This document shows, one piece after another, positions 8,541 to 16,047 of a stretch of 64,000 bases of DNA. The notes beneath the pieces were generated by a model that saw nothing but the letters and a program-made list of their open reading frames with translations, did no database searches and was not told the origin of the DNA. Each line of letters begins with the position of its first letter. The first letter of the stretch is position 1. Made by a program: the position numbers and the translations under genes. The stretch comes from an uncultured Actinomycetota bacterium (GTDB lineage: Bacteria; Actinomycetota; Actinomycetes; JAHEKZ01). The stretch covers positions 256,001 through 320,000 of the forward strand of contig CAVURN010000001.1 of the NCBI GenBank assembly GCA_963743915.1, written 5' to 3'.

Positions 8541-9636
8541 TCAGATGGAGTCAGCGAGGGGTCTCTCCTCGTCAGGGTGAAGTTGCACGACATCAGCCAG
8601 TTGCACCATGTCGCTCAGGAAGGGTCGGCCACGAAGCACTTGGTCCCGACGGATGCGCTCGCTGGAGAGGCCGAGGTAGTGCTCGGTGGTCGAGGAGTTC
8701 TTGTGGTGCAGGAACGCGGAGGTGGTGCGAAGAGCGTGGTCGTACTGCCCCTGTCGCCAGACATGTCGAAGAAGTGTCGGGCGGCGGCACGGCGCATGGT
8801 GTGCATCCCCTCGCTCTTGACGGGGAGACCCAGGCGGCTGAGCCCGTACTGGACGATGCGCTCGGGGTGTTGGAGCGGCTTCGCGGGGTTCCAGGTGGCC
8901 TCGACTCGCCCCTTGACCTGCTTGCCGCCTTCACCGACCGTCCAGGCGTACCGACTTCCATGTCTGGCCGGGAACAGATAGTCGTGGTCGGTGAGGGGAC
9001 GCCCGATGTCGAGGGCGTAGGTCCGTAGCCAGTCAGCCAGGTGCTGCCCCAGGTCCGACGTGATGGCCACGTTGTCGTAGTCGCCAGACTTCGAGATGAC
9101 CACCTTCATGCTGTACGCGGCCAGGTCGAGATCGCCCACCCTGATGCTCAGGAGTTCATGACGCCTCAGCGCCGTGTTCGCTGCGGCTGCTAGTAGCGCC
9201 CGGTCGCGGCTGTTCGCCGCCCCCTCGATCATCGCCAGCAACTGCTCTGGGCTCGGCTGAAGCCGCTCTTGTCGCGGCACCCGCATGGGTGTCACCTCCC
9301 GCAGGAGAGCGCGGCGGACGACACCCCTCCTAGTCCAGTGCTCGAAGAACACGTCCATCGTCTTGCGGTAGTAGTTGTGGGTGCTTGGGGCGACCGGCTC
9401 TCGCTGGAGTCCGTCTCTCGTCACATGCTGACGCATAACTCCGTTGGCACCCGAGAAGAAGTCCTCGACGTGGCTCTCGGTCAGGTTGCGCAGTTGTATG
9501 TCGCGCTCCAGGAAAGCCGCGAAGCGCCTGAGGACGTACCCCTGGTTCGTCACGGTCGACGAAGCAAACCGGGCTGCGCGAAAGTGGAGGAACTCCTCCA
9601 CAGCCTCGGAGACCGTGATGTGGTGCTGGGTGCCAT
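8541..9636 (-). CDS. Tyrosine recombinase/integrase (frameshifted)
   Basis: TALRRHEL, K, HTMRR; after a frameshift near 8755 it continues FLHHKNSSTTEHYLG to the stop at 8541; the RBS-linked ATG 9636 is also out of frame. Confidence 0.85.
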
Positions 9637-9814
9637 GAGAGGGCCTTTCGGGTGTTCGGCGTATTGAGTTGAACAGCGTCTGGCCTCTCTGGCTCAACGA
9701 GGAGAACACACCGACGGGCACCGTGGCAACCCTTACTACGCCTGGGGTTTCGGCGTTAGCAAGAAACCTTGACAGTGATTGATGGAGGACTAGCAAGGAT
9801 GTTTCAAGTCCCCA

Positions 9815-9830
9815 ATCGAGTGGGAGTAGT
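9815..9830 (+). repeat. attR core
   Basis: Identical to 3-18. Confidence 0.8.
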
Positions 9831-9910
9831 GCATGAAGGCTGCGTGCTGAGCACCGAGCAGTGCTCGCCAAAGCGGTGACTGGCCGCCATTCGAGTGGGA
9901 TCGTGGGTTC

Positions 9911-10252
9911 ATGCGTCGAACGCTGGTCGTGACGGTCGGGCTCGTTCTGGTGGCCGCCGTGATGGTGGCAGGCTGGTGGACGTATCAGAATCGCGTGTGG
10001 CTTCGTGATCAGTACCAGGAGGGCTACCAGGCAGGTGCCCGGTTCGACCGGCAGGACTACCTGACCGACTGCCATCGCCGTGTCGATCATCAGTACGGCG
10101 TGCGCGTAGACGTGTCGATGCCTGAGAACGCCGCTGCCTTCACTATCGGCTGCTACGACGCCGCTCGGGATAGGTACCGGCCAGCAGCTGTTGGTTCTCT
10201 GCTCGCTGAGTTCATGGGGAAGTCCGACGTGAGATTCTGGCCGTGGTGGTGA
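9911..10252 (+). CDS. Small membrane-anchored protein
   Basis: N-terminal TM helix ending GWWTYQN. Confidence 0.65.
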   Translation: MRRTLVVTVGLVLVAAVMVAGWWTYQNRVWLRDQYQEGYQAGARFDRQDYLTDCHRRVDHQYGVRVDVSMPENAAAFTIGCYDAARDRYRPAAVGSLLAEFMGKSDVRFWPWW

Positions 10253-10674
10253 TGGATCACCAGGACTCGCGCATCAGTCGTCGCGCTGTCGTGGTGTTCG
10301 GGAGCCTGGTCCTCATCGCCGCGTTGACCGTCGGGGGTTGGTGGGGGTACCAGAACTGGGTGTGGCTCCTGAATCCTGAGGTGAAGGACCAGATCGTCGA
10401 CTTCACCAAGCAGGAACTCAGCGTGGATCGGACTGAGGTCGGTGATTGGAGGCTGGGCGGGGAGTGCATCGTGGCGGAGGTCGCGGTGTCTGGCGGTGAG
10501 ACCTATCGAGTGGCCCTGGTCAACCAGAACCCTGAGCCGAATCCGTACGAGCCGCTGTGGATCTCGCAGATCTTCACGCTCGATGACTTTGTATCGTCCA
10601 GTGATGCGTGGTGTGGAATCATCCACACCCCCGCGTACGTCTTCGATAGCAACGGCGAACGCATCATCGGCTGA
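10252..10674 (+). CDS. Small membrane-anchored protein
   Basis: TGATG coupling with the upstream gene; TM helix ending GWWGYQN. Confidence 0.65.
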   Translation: MDHQDSRISRRAVVVFGSLVLIAALTVGGWWGYQNWVWLLNPEVKDQIVDFTKQELSVDRTEVGDWRLGGECIVAEVAVSGGETYRVALVNQNPEPNPYEPLWISQIFTLDDFVSSSDAWCGIIHTPAYVFDSNGERIIG

Positions 10675-10683
10675 GTGAAGAGT

Positions 10684-11103
10684 TCAGTAAGGCTTCTCCG
10701 GACCGGGAACGACTTCGCGGTCGCCTAGTGGCTCAGTCATTGTCACGGTCACGGTGACCGGCGGGTTGCCTTGGCAGGTGTGGGCGTTCCCTTCCGGTGG
10801 GATCGCCCACACGGTCAAGATGGCGATGTCCTCCCCGTACTCGACGACCGGCTGCGGGTCCTGAGCCTTGGCCCCACCGGTACACGCGATCCACGCCACC
10901 TGTACGTCGAACTCTCGGTCCTCGGGTCTGGGTTCCTTTCCGGCGAATTGCCAGTGAGCGACCTTGCGGCCATCAGTGTCTACCTCGGCGGTGGTAGTGG
11001 TGCCTGGCTCATCTTCTGCCGTCTGGCTGGACAGTCCATCCGCGCAGGCCCCCACACTCAGCAACAGCGTCACGGCCACCCAAGCGATGTGCTGGGTCCT
11101 CAT
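10684..11103 (-). CDS. Lipoprotein with Cys-pair beta domain
   Basis: Lipobox VGAC; C...C...EPLGDREVV. Confidence 0.8.
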   Translation of the reverse strand: MRTQHIAWVAVTLLLSVGACADGLSSQTAEDEPGTTTTAEVDTDGRKVAHWQFAGKEPRPEDREFDVQVAWIACTGGAKAQDPQPVVEYGEDIAILTVWAIPPEGNAHTCQGNPPVTVTVTMTEPLGDREVVPGPEKPY

Positions 11104-11110
11104 GGTCCTA

Positions 11111-11137
11111 AGACTGTCAGGCGCGGGTCGTGGTTCC
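11111..11137 (-). promoter_or_regulatory. ECF-type promoter GGAACC-N16-AGTCT, leaderless
   Basis: 7 nt before ATG 11103 on the minus strand. Confidence 0.65.
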
Positions 11138-11192
11138 CCGGTTTCAGGCTCGCGGTCGACCGAGAACGCGAGGTGTAGCCCTGGAGTGGTCC

Positions 11193-11525
11193 ATGGCGGC
11201 GCACACTAGGTCTGTGCATCGCCGACCCGTTCGAGCCGCGGGGATTGCGGTGGCCGGAGTCGTGGCTGCGGTCGTTTGGTTATGGGTTGGGCCCGGCAGC
11301 TACCAGCCCTGTCTTCCCGCACCTCCGTGGGACGATCTCGCCGTCTGGATCAGTGGGAGTCTTGGAGCTGGGGAGACCGACGGACTGTCGGGAGCGCCTG
11401 CGTTCTGCGACATACCTACGGACTTCACCTGGGTCGTCGCGCTCGGGATGCTGGCAGTCGCCGTGGCGGCAGCCGTCTGGCCGGTGGTAGGGGGCAGGAA
11501 CCTCGACTCCGGGCAGCGCGTCTGA
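11193..11525 (+). CDS. Two-TM membrane protein
   Basis: Two hydrophobic helices around a loop with two Cys; GGAG RBS. Confidence 0.6.
   Translation: MAAHTRSVHRRPVRAAGIAVAGVVAAVVWLWVGPGSYQPCLPAPPWDDLAVWISGSLGAGETDGLSGAPAFCDIPTDFTWVVALGMLAVAVAAAVWPVVGGRNLDSGQRV
11497..11523 (+). promoter_or_regulatory. ECF-type promoter GGAACC-N16-CGTCT, leaderless
   Basis: 7 nt before ATG 11531. Confidence 0.7.
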
Positions 11526-11530
11526 TGGCC

Positions 11531-12079
11531 ATGAGCCGCTCCCGTCCCATAACGCTGCTGGCGACTGCCGTCATGGCGCTGGGGCTTGTGGCCTGTACCT
11601 CGGACACCTCAGACCCGTTGACAAGCGGGGAAAGTCAGGGTGCGACTGGTGCGCCGGCCGCCATCAACCTAGTCCGGTCGGGTGCCTGTGGCGATGCCTT
11701 CTTCTGGGCGGAGTCTGCCGACGGGGATACCGCGGTGACCGCCGAGGTGACCTACTCCCGGCCAGCCGGGGCGAACCCGACGGTGGCCATCCCGTTCTCG
11801 CTGCCTGGCAACCGAGCCGTCAAGGTCGAAGTACTCACCGGGCGCGATCTGTCGCGCAACTTCTGCACCGATGTCTTAGACATGTCATCCCAGCCCGAGT
11901 CGAGGTCACCGGCGGTTGCAGGGGAGGGTCGGGTCACCATCGACGCACCTCCGGCCAAAGGCAACGCTTGTGGTCGAACGTTTGGCACCCTCGACCTGAG
12001 CGGGCTTGTCGCGGAGGACGGTTCGGTCTTCTCGCCGATCACCGTGCAGACCCGCAACATCGGGTGCTTCGCCGGTTGA
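11531..12079 (+). CDS. Lipoprotein, paralog of 3482-4036
   Basis: Lipobox LVAC; shared SGACGDAFFWAESADGD. Confidence 0.8.
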   Translation: MSRSRPITLLATAVMALGLVACTSDTSDPLTSGESQGATGAPAAINLVRSGACGDAFFWAESADGDTAVTAEVTYSRPAGANPTVAIPFSLPGNRAVKVEVLTGRDLSRNFCTDVLDMSSQPESRSPAVAGEGRVTIDAPPAKGNACGRTFGTLDLSGLVAEDGSVFSPITVQTRNIGCFAG

Positions 12080-12182
12080 TGCTTCACGCCGTGGGTCCTC
12101 GCGCTCAGACTCCTCAGGGTGGGGTGTAAACCGAATCATCGGCTGGAGCCACTAGTGGGGTAGTTGAGGGTGGGAGGAGCCG

Positions 12183-12719
12183 GTGACTGACGACTTGGAC
12201 GAGTTCACCTCGTTCGTGGCGTTTTCCTCGGCCGCCCTCTTCCGGGTAGCCGGGCTACTGACAAGTGGCGATACCCATGCAGCGCAGGATCTGGTGCAGG
12301 AGGCGTACTCCGAGACCTACCGACGCTGGAGCAGCATCCGCGATCCTGGTGCCCGCCACGCCTTCGCTCGACGCATCCTCATCAGGACAGCCACCAGGCG
12401 TTGGAAGCGGCTCCGAGTCGAGCAGCCGGGGCAGCACATGCACGAGGGGCCGGTCGGCGTCAGTCATGCGGACCAGGTTGCACAGGCCCATGACCTGTGG
12501 GTGGCGCTGGCGGCGCTGTCTCCCAGACAACGGGCCGTCGTGGTGCTGCGCTACTACGACGACATGACCGAGGCGCAGATCGCCGAGGTGCTGGGGTGCT
12601 CATCCGGGGCGGTCAAGAGTCACGCCTCTCGCGGCCTGCGGCGACTCCAGGAGCAACTTGGTGGCCCGGGCTACATCACCACGCACACGGAGGAGAGCCA
12701 CCATGGCACCGCCACCTGA
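12183..12719 (+). CDS. SigE-family ECF sigma factor (type B)
   Basis: Close paralog of 4139-4675. Confidence 0.9.
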   Translation: MTDDLDEFTSFVAFSSAALFRVAGLLTSGDTHAAQDLVQEAYSETYRRWSSIRDPGARHAFARRILIRTATRRWKRLRVEQPGQHMHEGPVGVSHADQVAQAHDLWVALAALSPRQRAVVVLRYYDDMTEAQIAEVLGCSSGAVKSHASRGLRRLQEQLGGPGYITTHTEESHHGTAT

Positions 12720-13977
12720 GACCTGGCTGAGCCAGCGACTTCGCGAAGGCGCGGACACACTGCAAGTACCCTTCGACCTCACTGATGTGGTCGTCAATGA
12801 AGCCATCCAGTCGCAGTCCCGGAGCAAGCGAATCCACTCGGCCGCGCAGGTGGCAGCAGTGGTGGCAGTTGTGGCGTTCGTTGTTCTCGGTGTCAGTGTC
12901 ATCAGAAGCAAGGACACCCAGACGCCGACTCCTGCCGACTCCCCGACACCGAACAACACGATGGCACCAATCACCGACCGTGCAACCGCCCTGCTTGGGA
13001 CCTGGGAGTTGGTCGTCTGGGAGGGCGAGCCCGTGCGTCGCTCCAAGGGGATGCCCAACAGCGCACTTGCGACTTTCCAGACCGACGGGACCTGGGAAGG
13101 ATACGACGGATGCAACTTTCTCAACGGCACATACCGCGTGAGGGCAGATGGCAACTTCGTGTCGACCATCAACTCCACAACATATGCCGCTTGCCCCGGT
13201 ATGACGCTGCCCGCCATGCCCGCTGTGGGTGCAGTCCGAGTGTCCGTTGACGATGACGCCGCCATCTTTCTTGATGCCTCGGACGAGCCCGTGGCGAAGT
13301 ACCGCAGGCCAGGAGGACAGCTCGCGGCTGAAGCGAGAGTGGTCACTCGACCCGACGGCGCGGCTCTTGCGCTCAGCACCTACGGCAGCGGCAGTTGCCC
13401 AACCCGGATGGCCTCCATCTCGCTTGATGGTGACGGTCAACTGATGGTGCAGATCGCAGACTCGCCTGACACGCCTTGCACAGCCGACTTCCGCAGGTCG
13501 ACCGATGTCATGACGCTGCCCGATGGCGTCGACCTGAGCGCTCCGCTCACCGCCACCCTGGTGGGGAGGCAGCCCCGCATCACGCTGCTTGTCGACACAC
13601 CAGCCGGACTGGGAGAACCGTTGCTGGTCGTAGCCAGAAACTGGGATGGCGGGTCAGTGAGGACGGCTCGCCTGGAAGGGACCCTAGGGGCGAACGAGCA
13701 AGGCTGCGTCACCGTGGGCGGAACGGTCGTGATGTGGCCAAGCACTTACCACCTGGTCACCGACCGGGCAGATATGTGGGCTATCGCCACCACCGATGAG
13801 CGCTACGGGCCCGGGTACATGAACGTCCTCGCAACCGAGGGCGAGTCCGTAGTCCTCGCCGGTCACGTGACGCCGTTCCAGGTGCGCTCCGGGCCGTTAC
13901 CCACTGCGAATCACTCAGAGTGCCTCCTCGACAACGACTACTGGACCGGGATCATCGAGTTACCACCGAACGACTAG
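12703..13977 (+). CDS. Putative anti-sigma membrane protein with META domain
   Basis: Paralog of 4659-5936. Confidence 0.75.
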   Translation: MAPPPETWLSQRLREGADTLQVPFDLTDVVVNEAIQSQSRSKRIHSAAQVAAVVAVVAFVVLGVSVIRSKDTQTPTPADSPTPNNTMAPITDRATALLGTWELVVWEGEPVRRSKGMPNSALATFQTDGTWEGYDGCNFLNGTYRVRADGNFVSTINSTTYAACPGMTLPAMPAVGAVRVSVDDDAAIFLDASDEPVAKYRRPGGQLAAEARVVTRPDGAALALSTYGSGSCPTRMASISLDGDGQLMVQIADSPDTPCTADFRRSTDVMTLPDGVDLSAPLTATLVGRQPRITLLVDTPAGLGEPLLVVARNWDGGSVRTARLEGTLGANEQGCVTVGGTVVMWPSTYHLVTDRADMWAIATTDERYGPGYMNVLATEGESVVLAGHVTPFQVRSGPLPTANHSECLLDNDYWTGIIELPPND

Positions 13978-13995
13978 ACGTGTGACTGGCTCGGC

Positions 13996-14397
13996 TCAGT
14001 ACTGCTCGCAGGTCTCGATCCCTAGGTGCACCTTCTCCTGGTCTTTCGCCGTGAGTTCCAGGCCACGCCAAACACTCGCTCCCTCATTGAGTTCGGCTGG
14101 TTCATAAGCGGCTATGTGCAGGAGACGCTGGGCATTCCAGAGCCGGTGGACCTCACGCCTCAGCGTCTTGTCTCCCGCTGCCTCCTCGCCTGCTGGATCG
14201 AGGGCCCACACCTGCGTGTAGCCGTCCTCGAACGCTTCTCGATCCTTGGACTCGTAGGCAGTCGCCATCGTCCGAAGCCCGTCGCAAGCATCGGCCATGG
14301 AGGACTCGTATGGGCTGGAACATCCTCCGAGGGAAAGCGCGACGAGAGCACCACTCGTCAGGCCGACGACGCGACGCAGAGACCTCGATACCCCCAT
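13996..14397 (-). CDS. Lipoprotein, paralog of 5956-6357
   Basis: Lipobox LGGC. Confidence 0.8.
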   Translation of the reverse strand: MGVSRSLRRVVGLTSGALVALSLGGCSSPYESSMADACDGLRTMATAYESKDREAFEDGYTQVWALDPAGEEAAGDKTLRREVHRLWNAQRLLHIAAYEPAELNEGASVWRGLELTAKDQEKVHLGIETCEQY

Positions 14398-14457
14398 GGC
14401 GCAAGGGTAGGTGGTCGGCCGAAGCCCCCGCAGGGTTCTGTGTCGTGCGCCCGGGGT

Positions 14458-14886
14458 TCACTCTTCGGCCAGTAGCTCCAGCAGAGTCCGTCTCAGCTCG
14501 GCCATCCGTCGCTCTCCCAGTCGCGCCGTGAGCGCGGCCTCCGTCTCTCCGAAGGCCCGCAGAACGGTGTACACGGCCGCCCATCCCCGGTCGGTGAACT
14601 CGATGAGCTTGGCGCGACCATCTGTCGGGTCGGGGACGCGATGCAGATAGCCCATGGCGACGAGGTCGGCGACTAGCTCCGACATCGCCTGCTTGGTCAT
14701 GCCTGCTCGGTCTGCAAGGTGGGTGAGACGAATCCCTTCGGGGGGCACGAAGGGGAAGACCCTGTCGTAGACCATCCGCTGGTCGGTGAAGCCCGCGTCC
14801 CAGAGGGCTTGCAGCAGCTGCTGGGAGAACCTGGCCGAGCACAGGCCAAGGAGCCGTGCCAGAGGAGCCTGGGATTCGTCGCTCAC
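14458..14886 (-). CDS. MarR family regulator
   Basis: LADRAGMTKQAMSELV...DPTDGRAKLIEFT. Confidence 0.9.
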   Translation of the reverse strand: MSDESQAPLARLLGLCSARFSQQLLQALWDAGFTDQRMVYDRVFPFVPPEGIRLTHLADRAGMTKQAMSELVADLVAMGYLHRVPDPTDGRAKLIEFTDRGWAAVYTVLRAFGETEAALTARLGERRMAELRRTLLELLAEE

Positions 14887-14896
14887 GCCGTCAGTT

Positions 14897-14955
14897 TAGT
14901 CAGGGGACTTGACTAGGTGTCCGAGCGTGAGGAGACTAGTCAGGAAACCTGACGA
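14897..14955. promoter_or_regulatory. Two palindromic MarR-type operators
   Basis: TAGTCAGGGGACTTGACTA and TAGTCAGGAAACCTGACGA between the divergent marR and SRPBCC genes. Confidence 0.7.
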
Positions 14956-14987
14956 AAGAGTCAGTCCACGGTGCAGGGAGCAGGCGG

Positions 14988-15446
14988 ATGACCGAACGCA
15001 GCGCGAAGTCCTGGACGATCGAAGCCCGGGTGACTCCCGAGGTCGCCTTCAACTACGTGGCGGATGTCACCCGTCATGCGGAGTGGTCGCCCAAGCCCTA
15101 CCGGGTGGAACCGGCACCTTCGTTGCCCCTGACAGAGGGGACCCGGTTTCGCTCGATAGGTCAGGTGCCCGGGGACAGGGAGCACGCCAACGACATCGAG
15201 GTGACCACCGTCCAAGCCCCGCAGGTGCTCGTCCTGACGAGCACCGACAAGGGCGAGCGGTATGTCCACAGATTCGACGTGGAAGCGTGCGGCGACGGGT
15301 CCCGCGTCACCCGCACGGTGGACGCACCGATGCCTACTGGCCTTGTTCGGCTCATCTTCCCAGTGATCTTCGCCCTCCTGATCAAGCCTGACGTCGACAA
15401 GGGCATGCGGATGCTGCAGGAGAATCTGAACACCCTCAGCACCTGA
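14988..15446 (+). CDS. SRPBCC family protein
   Basis: PEVAFNYVADVTRHAEWSP; START-like size and pattern. Confidence 0.85.
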   Translation: MTERSAKSWTIEARVTPEVAFNYVADVTRHAEWSPKPYRVEPAPSLPLTEGTRFRSIGQVPGDREHANDIEVTTVQAPQVLVLTSTDKGERYVHRFDVEACGDGSRVTRTVDAPMPTGLVRLIFPVIFALLIKPDVDKGMRMLQENLNTLST

Positions 15447-15503
15447 ATCTTGGCTGTTACGAGCTCGTCCACCGGAATGGCGTTCACTTGCCTCACGTGA
15501 AAG

Positions 15504-15530
15504 GGAACCAGATCGGCCCCTGCCGCGTGT
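15504..15530 (+). promoter_or_regulatory. ECF-type promoter GGAACC-N16-CGTGT, leaderless
   Basis: 7 nt before GTG 15538. Confidence 0.7.
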
Positions 15531-15537
15531 AAGGAGT

Positions 15538-16047
15538 GTGGACTCGGTGACGGACGATCTGGCGTCCTTCTATCGGCGTACCTGCCCAGCGCTGGTCGGG
15601 CTGCTCACGTCGGTCGGTGGATCACGCAGTGATGCCGAGGAGATCGCTCACGACGCGTACCTCGCGTTGCTTCCACGTTGGAACCACGTCAGAACCTACG
15701 ACAGTCCTGAGGCGTGGGTGCGGACGGTTGCCCTGCGGTCACTGATCAGTCGGCAGCGACGTGCCCGAGTCGCATCACTTGGACTGCGCCGCCTCGCGCA
15801 CGAGCCCTTGGCCGACGCCCCGCCTCCGAACAGCGACAGTGTGGCGGTGGCTGCGGCTCTCCGCACTCTGCCGGTCGGCCATCGCGCAGTCCTGGTGCTC
15901 CACCACGGGCTTGACCTCTCGGTCGAGCAGGTGGCGCGCGAGCTCGATATCCCGGTGGGCACGGTGAAGTCGCGACTGGCCCGGGCGCGGTCGGCGGTAC
16001 AGCCGCTGCTCGTCGACGAAGAGAGGTCCGAGCATGAACGACGTTGA
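15538..16047 (+). CDS. ECF sigma factor (type A)
   Basis: Paralog of 1147-1650 (VLVLHHGLDLSVE, IPVGTVKSRLARAR). Confidence 0.9.
   Translation: MDSVTDDLASFYRRTCPALVGLLTSVGGSRSDAEEIAHDAYLALLPRWNHVRTYDSPEAWVRTVALRSLISRQRRARVASLGLRRLAHEPLADAPPPNSDSVAVAAALRTLPVGHRAVLVLHHGLDLSVEQVARELDIPVGTVKSRLARARSAVQPLLVDEERSEHERR

Larger units (their letters stand above)
3..9830. mobile_element. Integrative element at the guaA 3' end (integrase + RCR Rep + resolvase + ECF cargo)
   Basis: Exact 16-bp direct repeat ATCGAGTGGGAGTAGT at 3-18 and 9815-9830; integrase next to the right repeat; visibly more AT-rich codon usage than the core genes. Confidence 0.8.
11488..14413 (+). repeat. Diverged duplicated four-gene cassette, copy 2
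   Basis: Colinear with 3438-6373. Confidence 0.9.

Noticed and set aside
7377-9636. Inovirus-like prophage
   Set aside because: No Zot/pI ATPase or small coat-protein cluster within the att boundaries
9795-9815. tRNA T-loop-like GTTTCAAGTCCCC next to attR
   Set aside because: No cloverleaf or acceptor stem; the att core matches the guaA end instead
9637-10090. N-terminal extension of the integrase ORF in the track
   Set aside because: It crosses attR and overlaps a better plus-strand gene; integrase-like sequence starts near 9620
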